In this document: positions 11,915-24,649 of the stretch, in pieces
Position numbering within the stretch: the stretch's first letter is position 1
Layout of the letters: every line of letters begins with the position of its first letter
Source: Octopus sinensis
Lineage: Eukaryota
Assembly: GCF_006345805.1 (NCBI RefSeq)
Contig: NC_043002.1
Location: 44,702,001-44,766,000 of the forward strand
Length of the DNA: 64,000 nucleotides
Direction: 5' to 3'
Notes under the pieces: generated by a model
Database searches by the model: none
The model's input: the letters and a program-made list of their open reading frames with translations, nothing else
What the model was told of the DNA's origin: nothing
Made by a program: the position numbers and the translations under genes

Positions 11915-13056
11915 TATACTATAATATTGGCACATTAGTCAATTAATACAGTCCTACATATAAAACAATATTTACTTATAAATCATGCGTATGGGGATTT
12001 TTTATATTAAAGATTTTGATAATCATATGTTAAAGCATATAATTTAGCAGTTGGTAGCTTTAATTGGAGTGGTTTTGAGAGACAATTTCCGTATCAGAAA
12101 CCTATAAGACCATCTGTTAAGTTGTGTAATCATCGTTGAATTCTCAATAACCATAGACTTTTTCCTCAGCTCTGACCCAAGGATAAACAATTATTGCTAA
12201 AATTGTGTGGTTCTATGGGGATATGGCCGGTATTTGAAATAGTTCCAGTCTTCTGTTAATAGAAATGTTAAACTGTTGTATTCACTGATGTACAAAAAGG
12301 CAATATGGTCACGAGCTATAATGAAAACTGTTCCACTTTTCATCATAGATCTACTTCATAAAGTATAAACTAGGATTAACGAGCAACTGCTTAAACGTTG
12401 ATATATATTCAAACTTCTCGTAGTTCGAATATACAGATTCCTCTTAAAGAATATATTTGTCTATTTATTATAAATCGAAATGCAAAAAGATATCTTGGTT
12501 GCCACAGGTGGGGCTTTGAGTCGAGTCTGCAAACGTAGAGAGTAAAACCATGGCTTTTAATTTCTATTTTTAAAAGGGTGTACAAACAAATGAGATACCG
12601 CTTATCAGCACATACACTATATAATGTGTCAACTACGGTACATTTATATATAAGTATGTTTATGTGTGTTAGTGCATATTATATACATGTATGCATGCTT
12701 GTGCACGTTCGTGTATATACATATATAAATATATATGTGTGTATGTGGATATATATGCATATATATTTACAATTTACGCACAGATTCGCCTACACATCAG
12801 CATATATTGTTTTACATAAAATGGTAAAGAGCGACACATTTATTTCTGTATCCCTTGCCGTATCCCATCAAATGTACGTCATCCAGATATTATCTCGTGA
12901 ATATACGAAATATCAACTCTACATATCTAATGCATTCGGTAATGCATTGAATTATTGCCTACATGTCACCAGTTCGAGATTAATAACTTATTTGCGCATG
13001 CATCTAATTGTAAATGTATGTAGGTCCAGATGTATGCATGATGTTATATAGACCCA

Positions 13057-13096
13057 TAGACAGATAGTTAGCTAGACAGAAAGAGCGATAGATAGG

Positions 13097-13148
<52 letters not shown>

Positions 13149-13183
13149 CAGACATACAGACAGATAAACAGACAGACAGATAG

Positions 13184-13221
<38 letters not shown>

Positions 13222-13278
13222 GTAGGTAGGTAGGTAGGTAGGTAGGTAGGTAGATAGACAGACAGACAGACAGACAGC

Positions 13279-13328
<50 letters not shown>
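13057..13328. repeat. Compound (GATA)/(GACA)/(GGTA) microsatellite, block A
   Basis: Direct reading; same block order as 14737-15007. Confidence 0.95.
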
Positions 13329-13330
13329 TG

Positions 13331-14735
13331 TTTCTTTATTAGCCACACAGGGCGGCACACAGATAGAACAAATTACAAGGTAGAGCTTTTCTTTTGAAGG
13401 TTTAAAAAAAAAAAAAAAAAAGGAAGGGGGAGTTTCGATCAAAAGGGATCGTAAAAGGAGAGAAAGAGGACAAAAAAAGGGGGGTTAAAAAAAAAAAGGG
13501 GGAGAGGAAAAAAAAATTGATCAATAGGGATCGTTATCACAGAAATGTCAATATGAAGTGTAAAGGGGAGGACAGGTGAGGTTTACCCGTGGAAAGAAAA
13601 GCCTACGGAAAAGACCACGGTAACCTCGGTCAATGAAGTCACATTTTATATTTTTTTTTTTTTTTTTTTTTGCAAATAAGCAACTCTCTGTTTTCGATTT
13701 CTGGGTTCATAGGACTATGCTCAAGGTGGCTTCGTCATTCATACGTGCCATTCTTGCTACATTCACCCATCTTTTTTTAAAACATTCGCTAGACAAAACT
13801 TGCCTCTCTACTCTCACTTTCCTTTTCAAGTGGTACTTGAAGAAGTTGATGAGAGATTGACCAGAGAGGAAAGTGTTTGTCTCCAATCCTTTCAGACGCG
13901 TCCACCAGATACATTCTTTCGCCATAGCCACAAGGATGATGAAAATAGCTCTTCCTTCCCGTTTGAAGGAAGGAGGTGTGACAATATTGACGATAGACTC
14001 AGCTGATAAACCGACTCGTCCCACACGTGACAGCAGTTGTTCGACATAAGCCCACAGGTCGGAAATTGTTGGACACTGAACGAGTGCGTGCAGAACGGTT
14101 TCGTCGCTCTGACCGCATCTCGGGCAGGTCGGCCCCGTGTTTCTCGAGCCGTGTCTGTAGAGCTTATCCCGAACGGGTAGCGCTTCTCGGTAGCACTGCC
14201 AGGCCAGGGATCTCTGGAAGTTGTCCATGGGCCCTGGCCCGAAAGTCGTCCTGAACAGGCGGGTCAGGTACTCCTCGTCGACGTCCAGGTTCGCCCCGAG
14301 CTCGTCGTTGTACCTCCCCTCCACTAAACCCCTATAGAATGCTTTGGTTGTGTTGAAGTCACTTAAGGTCGACCCAGGACGGCAGAGTTGCTTGAGAGCA
14401 ACGCGACACTCGCGGTGCCATTCGCCCTTCCTCGGCCTCTTTTTGATCCACGACTGCAGTTCGGTCATGGAGACGAGCTGCGGGAAAGCGTGCCTCACAA
14501 ACGGCGACCACACCTGTTCACCGTCGTCTACATAGAGCCAGAGATGTCGCAGTCTCAGCGCGTGTCTGCGCATCATCAACCACGGCATGCCCAGCCCTCC
14601 TTTTAACGGGTGTTGACAGCAAATGGATCGCCTGACCATCGGGACGCATCCTTTCCACAAGAAGCGAAAGAGGATGCGTTGTAGTTTGGTGATGGTAGGG
14701 TCGGGACAAGGTACGACGGTCAGGCGGTAGTAGAT
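13331..14735 (-). mobile_element. L1/Tx1-clade LINE, 5'-truncated (ORF2 C-terminus with zf-RVT, 3'UTR, AATAAA)
   Basis: Open frame 13707-14735 (~340 aa): LFRFLWKG...KGGLGMP...[14 protein letters not shown]...[18 protein letters not shown]...IWWTR; AATAAA immediately before (TCTA)n. Confidence 0.9.
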
Positions 14736-14736
14736 G

Positions 14737-14751
14737 ATAGATAGATAGATG

Positions 14752-14805
<54 letters not shown>

Positions 14806-14939
14806 CAGACAGACATATAAACAGACATACAGACAGACAGACAGACAGACAGATAGAGATAGATAGATAGATAGATAGATAGGTAGGTAGGTAGGTAGGT
14901 AGGTAGGTAGGTAGATAGATAGACAGACAGATTGACAGC

Positions 14940-15007
<68 letters not shown>
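14737..15007. repeat. Compound (GATA)/(GACA)/(GGTA) microsatellite, block B
   Basis: Direct reading. Confidence 0.95.
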
Positions 15008-15008
<1 letters not shown>

Positions 15009-15775
15009 TTCTTTATTAGCCACACAGGGCTGCACACAGATAGAACAAATTACAAGGTAGAGCTTTTCTTTTGGGGGTAAAAAAAAAGGGAGTGGTGGTT
15101 TACGATCAAAAGGGATCGTAAAAGGAAAGAAATAGGACAAAAAAAGGGAGGGGTTAAAAAAAGGGGGGGGAGAGCAAAAAAAATGAATAATAGGGATCGT
15201 TATCACAAAAATGTCAATATGAAGTGTAAAGGGGAGGACAGGTGAGGTTTACCCGTGGAAAGAAAAGCCTACGGAAAAGACCACGGTAACCTCGGTCAAT
15301 GAAGTCACATGTTATATTTCTTTTTTTTTTTTTTGCAAATAAGCAACTCTCTGTATTAATTTTTACGGTTCATAGAATCATAGTCAAGGTGGCTTCGTCA
15401 TTCATACGTGCCATCCTTGCTACATTCACCCATCTTTTTTTAAAACATTCACAAAGACAAAACTTGCCTCTCTACTCTCACTTTCCTCTTCAAGTGATAC
15501 TTGAAGAAGTTGATGAGAGATTGACCAGAGAGGAAAGTGTCCACCAGATACATTCTTTCGCCATAGCCACAAGTATGATAAAAATAGCTCTTCCTTCCCG
15601 TTTGAAGGAAGGAGGCGTGACGATATTAACGATAGACTCGGCTGATAAACCGACACGTCCCACACGTGACAGCAGTCGTTCGACATAAGCCCACAGGTCG
15701 GAAATTGTTGGACACTGCACGAGTGCGTGCAGAGCGGTTTCGTCGCTCTGCCCGCGTCTCGGGCAGGTCGGCCCC
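15008..15775 (-). mobile_element. Second, shorter copy of the same L1/Tx1 LINE
   Basis: Colinear with 13331-~14135; scattered substitutions and a ~25-bp deletion; followed by (GATA)n at 15776-15797. Confidence 0.9.
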
Positions 15776-16199
15776 AGATAGATAGATAGATAGATAGAAG
15801 CGTTAGTAATGGAGTGTAATCAGCTTTGTGAAAATATATGAAAATATTTTAATATACGCATGAAGTAGTCAGTCTCATTGTTTATATATCTAAGGATGTT
15901 TGAATGCATCTGTGGGTGTGTGTGGGTGTGTGCCTGTGTGCTTATGCGTCTGTGTGTAAATAATTCACATTGGTACGTGTAATAAACATAGATTTAACCA
16001 TATCGTCTAAAAGACTGCATTCCTTTAACATCACCGATATCATAAATACACTTGACTTAATCCATTCACCATTATCATCTCCACAGGACTGTTTGACCTC
16101 ATCTACCATACACAGAAGACAGAAATTGTCTTGCCGATAATAACGAAATTATTCCGCAGCTGGTGCTGATATTTCATATTTTCATATCAGTATACTCTT

Positions 16200-16938
16200 T
16201 ACTGTTGTCTATATACCGTGATCATCCACTGTGTGTGGATGATTTTGACGTTGATTTATGAGTCTACGCTCGACGGAACCAGATACACTTCTAAGTCGGT
16301 CATTCTTGTGATTTAATGTCTGTTCGATGTCAAATTTCTTTTCATCAATGAACACCAGCTTGGACAGCGTGCCTTCAGCAATCTCACGCAGAAGACGAAT
16401 GCTCACCAGTCTCATGGCCTTATAAACTTGTGTGAGTTCAAGACGGTGTATCTAGTAAGGGTGGATCCTGAGATCCTCCTTCAACACTCGATATATCGAT
16501 GTTCGGCTTACTTTTACCGTGACAGTCAGTATTCTAATGGACATTTCGGCGTATCATTTCTCTGGTACTTTTGGTAAGATGAGGGGTCCGCACACTTCTT
16601 TTTCGGCCACATCCAGGTCGATCAGCCGTGGAAACAGTCTCTTGAAGTTTCTTGACAATTTTCCAGACTGTCGTTCGGGTAAATTTAAGCTTTTTATTTT
16701 TATTTTTATTTCTTTTTTTATATATATAGCTGTATTACTATCACCTCTTTGGTGGAGGGTTGTGACTGTATTTCGATCTAAATCCATTATCTAATTTATA
16801 AATCTGAATTTATTTAGCCTGAAACAAAATGTAGGCACACAAAGGTTTTATAATAATGTATAATTTTCGTATCTTATCACATTTATTAATAGTTATCAAA
16901 GCCTGAAGCTTCAAGTGTCTTAATTTCGGGACACCCTG
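16200..16938 (-). mobile_element. Tc1/mariner (maT/DD37D-like) transposon relic
   Basis: TIR CAGGGTGTCCCGAAATTA next to TA (16939-40); peptides MDLDRNTVTTLHQRG and KLVFIDEKKFDIEQTLNHKNDR; other end missing. Confidence 0.75.
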
Positions 16939-17008
16939 TATACATACATACATATATATGTATACAATATATATATATAATATAATATAATATATATATA
17001 TATATTAT

Positions 17009-17072
<64 letters not shown>

Positions 17073-17090
17073 TATATATATACATATATC

Positions 17091-17148
<58 letters not shown>

Positions 17149-17194
17149 ATATGTATGTATGTATGTATTTATGTATATGTATGTATGTATGTAT

Positions 17195-17357
17195 ACGACG
17201 GGCTCCTTTCAGTTTCCTTCTACCAAATCCACGGACATGGCTTTTGTCGACCCGAAGCTATAGTAGAAGACACTTACACAAGGTGTCAAGCAGTGGACGT
17301 GAACCCGGAACCATGTGGTTGGGGAACAAGCTTCTTACGACAAAGCCATGCCTGCGG
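17195..17357 (-). mobile_element. SINE family B, 5' half
   Basis: Reverse complement of head ...ACCACATGGTTCCGGGTTCACGTCC...CTACTATAGC...GAAACTGAAAGGAGCCCGTCGTAT. Confidence 0.75.
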
Positions 17358-17494
17358 CTATATAATATATCAATAATTTTGTAACATGCTTATCAATATT
17401 ATGTTTAAGCGATATGATGATCATATCATCCGTTTTCATGAATTCATGCTTGAGAAATCAATTACTTGAAGATCAATTACTTTATCTTTTATTA

Positions 17495-17753
17495 TTTTTT
17501 TTCTTTTACTTGTTTCAAAATTTTGGACTGCATTCATGTTTGGGCACCGCCCTGAAGAGTTTTAGCCGAACAAATCGTCTCTGGCTCTTATTTAAGTCTG
17601 GTACTTATTCTATCGGCCTTTTTTGCCGAACCGCAATGGAGACAAAAACACACACCTCTCTCTCTCTCTCAGACTCGCACACGCACATATACACACATTT
17701 ATAAATACATACACACACATATATATACACACACAGATACACACACACCCAAC

Positions 17754-17804
<51 letters not shown>

Positions 17805-18000
17805 AATACACACACACACATACACAAACACACACACAATGGCTTCTACACAGTGTTTATCAACCAAATTCACTCAAGGCATTTGTCAGACCGTAGCTAT
17901 AGTAGAAGATAACTACCCAGAGTACCCCACAGTACGATTGAACCCGAGACCACGTGATTCAAAAGCGAGTTCCTTAGCTACACAGCCAAGCCTGCGCTTG
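17495..18000 (-). mobile_element. SINE family B, near full length with central (CA)/(TA) expansion
   Basis: 3' tail TTTTACTTGTTTCA..GACTGC..CATG..GCACCGCC and head ...GCCAAGCCTGCGCT on the plus strand. Confidence 0.7.
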
Positions 18001-18044
18001 TAGGAAATGTAGTAATCTATAGTCTCAGCTAAAATCCTACAAAA

Positions 18045-18360
18045 ATAATGTTCTGATGTCCCAAAAGACAACTCCAAGTCCTTCAACATGGTTTGCAGTC
18101 ATGAAATAATAAAATGTAGTGCTAGAAAACTGCGGATTTTTAATCTCTGTATAGTTACAGTGTCCAGAGGTGATCGCATTTGCAGTTTCGAAAGAGACCG
18201 TCATGTCACTCACTAAAGAGTCATCAATCAAGGGACCAACAGAAAACGTTTATTTGCATAGAACAACAGCAAATTCAACAGAACACTGTCCTTCTTTACA
18301 TGCAAAATTGTACCCAGCTACAGCTGGATTAAAAATTCACTTTGGGCAAATGCACAAGGG
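18045..18360 (+). mobile_element. Decayed RTE-like LINE 3' fragment
   Basis: Frameshifted peptides KDNSKSFNM..., FERDRHVTH..RK and CPSLHAKLYPATAGLKIHFGQMH resemble RTE ORF2 C-terminal/C2H2-like motifs. Confidence 0.3.
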
Positions 18361-18862
18361 TAGAGTTACTTTTGGTTTGACACCATGACAATTATAGTTT
18401 TCGATTGACACAAAATTTTGAAACAAAATCAAAACTAGATGGCAATTGATGACCCATGGCATAAAAGCTATTAGACCTGCTTTAGGCATAGTTGTGTGTG
18501 TGTGTGTGTGTGTGTGCGTGTGTATATCTGTGTGGGTGTGCGTGTGTATCTGTGTGTGTGTGTGTGTGTGCCATGTAGGTGGGTGATGCACCATACTGCG
18601 TAGGCAAAGATCACTAAATTTGCTTGCTAGATGAAAAAGTAAAAACAAACTAGTGACAATTGGAATTGTTAACGTTTGTGACAGAAAATAAGGGAAACAT
18701 TTAAAAATCAAATCCTTTAGCATAAAACTGAATAGGAGAAAAACTCGTATTTGTTTGCAGACAAGGTGTCACCTGCAAGCATTGTTTGAAAATTTTTAAT
18801 CAGCAAAATATAGCCTTCTGAAGTTTGTTTTGATTAGAGAATAATTCTTGCAAGCAGAAGGC

Positions 18863-19022
18863 GGCGAGTTGGTAGAATCGTTTACGCACTGGGTAAAATG
18901 CTTTACGGCGCGTGTTCAAATCCCTTTCAATTTCGATAAAATAGATTGAGTACTGGGGTCGACGTAAATGACTACCCCAAACACTAAATTTGCTGGCCTT
19001 GTGCCAAAATTTGAAACCAATA
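18863..19022 (+). mobile_element. tRNA-derived SINE family C, internally deleted
   Basis: AAGGCGGCGAGTTGGTAGAATCG...TACTGGGGTCGA...GGCCTTGTGCC as in 33941 and 58132. Confidence 0.65.
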
Positions 19023-19246
19023 GTTGTAAGTAGAGAAAGGATGACGACGAATTTTCATCATTGTGATTTGTATAATTTCCAAATCAAAGGGACACCATTC
19101 AAGAGGGCCAATCATGTAAATTTAGATAATTTGAGAAAGTGAAGTTCCCAAACAAATGGATTCAGATTCCGCTTCACTATGTGGCATCTCGGGCAATCGA
19201 TACCTTGTGAATGGATTTGATAGACGGAAACTGTATGAAACTAGCC

Positions 19247-19439
<193 letters not shown>

Positions 19440-19826
19440 AAACTAAGTAATTAAGGGTTTAGCAACGATTTGCCTCACCACACACCGAAATTTAGAAATA
19501 GCAGTCAAAGAGTTATAGCTATTCTTTCTACTAAAAGGGTTATAGCTATTCTTTCTACTTGAACTTATCTGGAGAGCTTTTCCTTTTCCCTAGTTCTTCG
19601 TATTTTATTGTTTTGGCACGTTCTATTCCGTTGTCTATTAGCATTAACGGATTGTCTTTTAAGTGGTAATTGTTTTAGTTCCTGAAGTCTTTCATTGTGA
19701 GTTTCAGGGTTTGAGACATTACTTAGTATTACTTAAACTTTCCTCGAATGAGGCTTTTACATGCCGAAATCTACTTGGTGAAATTAATGATTATTCCAAA
19801 TTAATTAATTTCACCCTATATTATTA
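19440..19826 (-). mobile_element. Penelope-like fragment: pLTR ends joined to an inverted piece of ORF
   Basis: ~19557-19720 is the reverse complement of ~20975-21138; flanks match the pLTR at 41752-41945. Confidence 0.7.
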
Positions 19827-19876
<50 letters not shown>

Positions 19877-19885
19877 CAATAGTAG

Positions 19886-20001
19886 GCAGAAGTAACAGTC
19901 TGACTCAAGGTCCAAGAGTTTCGTGCGTTGACACTTATCAAGAGTTAGATAAGTGCCAACGCACGAAACTCTCGGACCCTGAGTCACTCTGTTTCTTCTG
20001 C
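19886..20001. repeat. 54-bp-arm inverted repeat containing an HHR-like motif (19941-19990, +)
   Basis: Arms 19886-19939 and 19948-20001 with 6 mismatches and an 8-nt loop; AGAGT-UAGAUAA-GUGC(CAAC)GCAC-GAAA-CUC..GAG-UC-ACTCT. Confidence 0.75.
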
Positions 20002-20206
20002 TAAAACAAATATGGATATACTCACATTTTGAGTTCTGTTTTTCCTGTTTGCACAAACATATCTATATATGTATGTACCGGAGTACACACAATGTGAAAC
20101 AAGGTGGAAAAAAGAGTACTCAAATACCAGTGGTAGAGAAATATGGTAAGTAGCTTGCTTGCCAACCACATGGTTCTAGGTTCAGTCCCACTGATATATA
20201 TATATG

Positions 20207-20273
<67 letters not shown>

Positions 20274-20274
<1 letters not shown>

Positions 20275-20620
20275 TGGGTTATCCCATAAATAATGCGGTT
20301 TTTATATTTCATTTGTTTTTCAAAATTAAGGTAAAGTTCTTTTTAAAACTAATATGCGCTCTCTATTTTCTACAATACTCTTCCATCTGTCTAGTAGACT
20401 TGCAAGGCCCCTCTTCCAAAATTTACTTGTCCGTGACGAAAAATACTTCTCCAGTACTGTTCTGACCTCGTCTACATTATTCATACTTTTTCCATTCAAA
20501 TGATTTTGAAGACAACAGAATAAATGATAATCAGATGGGGCAATGTCTGGCGAATATGATCGATGAAGCATCGTTTCCCATTCAAACTGCTCCAGCTTTT
20601 GGAATGTCATTGTCGCTGTA
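20274..20620 (-). mobile_element. Mariner transposase 3' fragment with one TIR
   Basis: ORF 20326-20610 ...SYSPDIAPSDYHLF..LQNHL...RWKSIVEN; TIR TTGGGTTATCCCATAAATAATGCGG. Confidence 0.85.
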
Positions 20621-20623
20621 TGT

Positions 20624-21760
20624 GGCCGAGGGGGTATTATTTTTCGTGTGTTTGGGATGGCATGAGGAGAACAGTAATTATTGTTTAGAATCTGTTTGTA
20701 GTGAATATCTGTTTCAATGGTTTTATTTCTTTTGATGGTTAGTATATCCAGGAATGGTAGTAGGTTTACTGTATTCCATGGGAAAGTTAATAGTATTGTT
20801 TATGCTGTTGATTAATTTTTTAAATCTATCAGTTGTCTAAATGTGTGCGTCCATAGGATTAGGCACTCATCTATGTAACGTTTTCTGTTTTCTAATAGAT
20901 ATTTGCGGAAGTTCAAGCCATATATTGATCTAGCAAGAATCTAGCGTTTAATCTAGCAAGACGAATCTGTAAAAATGTCTCAGACCCTGAAACTCACAAT
21001 GAAAGACTTCAGGAACTAAAACAATTACCACTTAAAAGACAATCCATTAATGCTAATAGACAACGGAATAGAACGTGCCAAAATAATAAAATACGAAGAA
21101 CTAGGGAAAAGGAAAAGCTCTCCAGATAAGTTCAATACTCTAACCGTTATTGCAACACACAACCCAAGACATACAGAGGTTTACAATATTATCTCCCAGA
21201 ACATCTCACTACTAACACAAGACCCAGGAATGAAACAAGCATCCGAAATACACAAAATAATCAAAAGTAAAAGACAATTAAACTCCCTCAAAAAGTCCTC
21301 ACAAATGCTAAATTATCTCCCACAATTTCTACCCCAACTGTCAAAAAGTGTGGTCGCCCCAACTACGAGACCTGCATCAACATGTTTGAAGGCAAAACAT
21401 ACACATTCAAACCAGGGCAGACTTTTACCGTAAAAAATCATTTTACATGTTCTTCATTGAATTTAATATACGCTATCAAATGTCAAGGATGTAATGAAGA
21501 TTACATAGGTCAAACAAAGCTTATCCCAGGACCATTCATCGACAACAAATACCAGACCCTAGTACTAGACGGCTTCTACTGAGTGAACACAAAAACATAT
21601 GTGCAACAAAAAGTCCCCCCAATTCCATGTTTTCCCATTCTACATATGTTCAGTGAATACCACAGAGTGAGCGCGGATAGACAAAGAAAATACTTTCATA
21701 CAGAAGTACGAGCTAAGACTTAACAAACTTTAACAGAGTACATACAGAAATAAATATTCA
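20624..21760. mobile_element. Penelope-like element relic (RT + GIY-YIG) with 5' inversion
   Basis: Minus 20624-~20905: RYIDECLILW...LPFLDIL...IETDIHYK (PLE RT); plus from ~20945: NLARRICKNVSDPE..., KCGRP..TC linker, FTCSSLNLIYAIKCQGCNEDYIGQT (GIY-YIG); stops and frameshifts. Confidence 0.85.
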
Positions 21761-22584
21761 CACACAAAATTCATTCTGTCACTTATGATGAGGATGCTAC
21801 ACTGCTAACAACCTAAATTAGGCACTGGACTGTAAACAAACGGCTTCTGTCCACTCTCCCACCAGACAGATAAAAATTGGAGTGCCTCGATCATAACTAA
21901 GCATCTTTACTCAACCTTCCTTTTAGGCGTAAAATTTACTGTCACGCGACACTAACGCACGGACGTAGCGGGAAACATACAAAAGGTTATAAACTTAATC
22001 ATGTGTTCATTCTCTACAAACACTTGACAGAAAACATTCAGCGCATTGATTGTTTGGACATGTTCAGTCAACCGTGTCAGCCTTAACTTAAGGCACCAAA
22101 CGTTGTCACTAATTACTAAATGGGCCTCCTAATCAAAGAAACTACATGTAATTGTTAGTGACTCGCACAATACAGGAAAAGACACTGTAAAGAAATTATG
22201 AAATAATTTTAGAAATAATTCAACATTCATGTCAATGAATGAATATTTTAGTTAGGTGGCAAGGTGAAAGGTATGGATCTGTTTTAGTTATATTAGGATT
22301 CGTGAGTGTCGCATTGTATTATCATGCTTTTCCAGATCAACAGACGGAGAACTTTAGAAGCAGACAAAGAGTTACAATTAATTGTGACCAGTGTAAGCTG
22401 GATACTTCATTTTTCTGCTAAATTCGTGCATAATATTCTGTAATTATACCCATGTTTTCTTTAAGAAACTTAAACAATATTCGTTTTCATTCTCTGTTTC
22501 TCACTTTCTAACTTAAAAATAGAATTCAATTTATAACGAATTACTTGCCCCGCGTCTTTCATTAAAGAATGATTTATTAATATG

Positions 22585-22790
22585 GCCGGGTTCCAAACCG
22601 GGCCGCAGCAACGAAGCGCATCCATCACACTCCTCGGTCCATCATCACAGCTTCTATGTCCTGAATACATTCCGGATCAGTATCTGCAGTCAAGTTGTCA
22701 ATATAACTCTGACAATGTTTACTTCTTCTAACATCACCATGAAAAGTGTTCCACAAAACTAATTAAAGGATCCCATGAAATATTTAAATT
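22585..22790 (-). mobile_element. RTE/RTE-X LINE extreme 3' coding fragment
   Basis: LVLWNTFHGDVRRSKHCQSYIDNLTADTDPECIQDIEAVMMDRGV*WMRFVAAARFGTRP fits the RTE C-terminal pattern LW.P.HG..RG....YID.L..DT......M.DR..W. Confidence 0.6.
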
Positions 22791-24568
22791 CATACAATTG
22801 GCCTATATGAATTATTTCTCTCAACAAACTTTCTGTACTTTAACAGAAACAGAAATATATATACACACACATATACACATATACACATATACACATATAC
22901 ACATATGTGTGTTTAAGAGTGTATGTGTGGGTGTGTTAGTGAAATATATAATAAATATTATGTGTCTAAATAATACATAATACCCACAATTGTATATCTA
23001 TCTACCTATATATTTGAATTTTCTGATGATCAGTCAATCGTGAAGTGCCCCGACACGAGACTTTCTCCTTCTTTTTTCGTACATCAGAAGCCTGGAAGAT
23101 GTACCTTCTACGACGACGTATGGACGATGTTGGACATAAAATGGTACATCGTTGCGACATATCAATTTGTTGTGTACTTGTTCCACTATCATCGATTTAG
23201 TTCAGTTCGGAATTGGATATTATAAAACTATAATACACGATGCACTAGCAGGTTTTTATAACTACACATGTATAATAAAACACTAGAGAGATGACCCAGA
23301 CAAAATTCAATCACAGGTTATAAGTCAGCCCAGGGTTATAGTAGTAGAAATTATCACAAGCTGCTGCACAAGTGGGACTAAATCCGAAAGTGAGCCGTTG
23401 CAAACGATCGTTTTAACCCCAGAGTCATGACGGCATATATTTATGTACGTGTGTGTGTGTTTTGTGCGTGCGTGTGTGTCTGTGTGTTTGTGTGTGTGCA
23501 AGAGTTCAACATAGTTCCTCCTGTTACTACACACGTACGCGCACGCAGGCACACACACACACGCATACACACACACAAACATACGCGCATAATGTTATGG
23601 TTTCGGTCAAGTGTCGTAGGAAGACAAAGGGTAGCCAATATTCTTCTTTTGGCGGTTGAACTTTTGCTCTCTCCATATTTTATAACAAACCTTACATTCC
23701 TTCATTTATAAGTGCACATTAACAAGAAATTTCCAATGCATAAAATGCTATTCTTAATACATCATAAGAGTCGAAAATCTTTGCACATTTTCTCCATCTT
23801 AGCGGAAGTTTTGCAATGAAAATAAAGAAGTCAACTTTTCCTGAACTGATGGTTTCGTTGATATTACAGACCCCCAACATTAGAAACATTTACAGAACCA
23901 CATATATAGGACCAATTTTGCCCTCATTAAACTTTTAAATATTGCATATTTTGGGGTAGTTAATATAAATTGCACATAATAAATGTGTGATTTTCCAAAA
24001 TATTCTACGCTATATTAGAAAGCACATTCTTCAATGGTTCCATCAGAACCAGTATTTTGTAGTTAACCTAAGATATTGCAAATGTTTTCAAGCACAATGT
24101 TAAGTTCCTATATCTGTAGAATCCCAGCTGTCTCTTGGATCTTTTCGTTACTGTAGCGCCTGCAACAGATTTTTCAGTCTATGATTCTCGAAGGCAATTT
24201 CTAGATGTTCTCAGGTCGATTTGCAGACGACAGATACACACACACACACATATATATATACATACATATATATATATATATATATAATTAATTAATAAGG
24301 GTGAGAGAATTAGATACTAATTTAATAGTATATCTATTCAACACCAAGTGGCCCAGTGCTCCGAGAAACCTGGATTATTATAATATTTTGTAATATATTA
24401 TAATATTTTATACAAAAATAAATATAAGAGAGTGTCACTATATGGCTCACTCTAGCACTAGTTAATCCAAAAGGTTTCAACCACAAAAATACATGTTTCC
24501 CATGAAAGTCAGTACGATTGTTAGCTCACACGAACAGGGCAAATAAAAAATAACAAAAATACAGATTA

Positions 24569-24649
24569 TTTTGGGACAATTGTTTCGCTATTAATGAATA
24601 AATGTAATTTTACTTACAAAAAAATCCACTTGTAGCTCCTCAGCCAAAA
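24569..24649 (-). ncRNA. Canonical type I hammerhead ribozyme
   Basis: UUUUGG(24649-44)-CUGAGGA(24643-37)-GCUA...UAGC-GAAA(24586-83)-C-AAUU-G-U-C(24575)-CCAAAA(24574-69): all core bases conserved, perfect 6-bp stem I, G10.1-C11.1 pair, GUC triplet. Confidence 0.9.

Noticed and set aside
13707-15206. 499-aa ORF as a gene
   Set aside because: Chimera: only 13707-14735 is LINE ORF2; the rest is read-through across (TCTA)n and the second copy's 3'UTR
18037-18231. Protein-like minus ORF (…NHVEGLGVVFWDIRTLFL)
   Set aside because: No good splice sites or recognised homolog; better explained as antisense of a decayed RTE fragment
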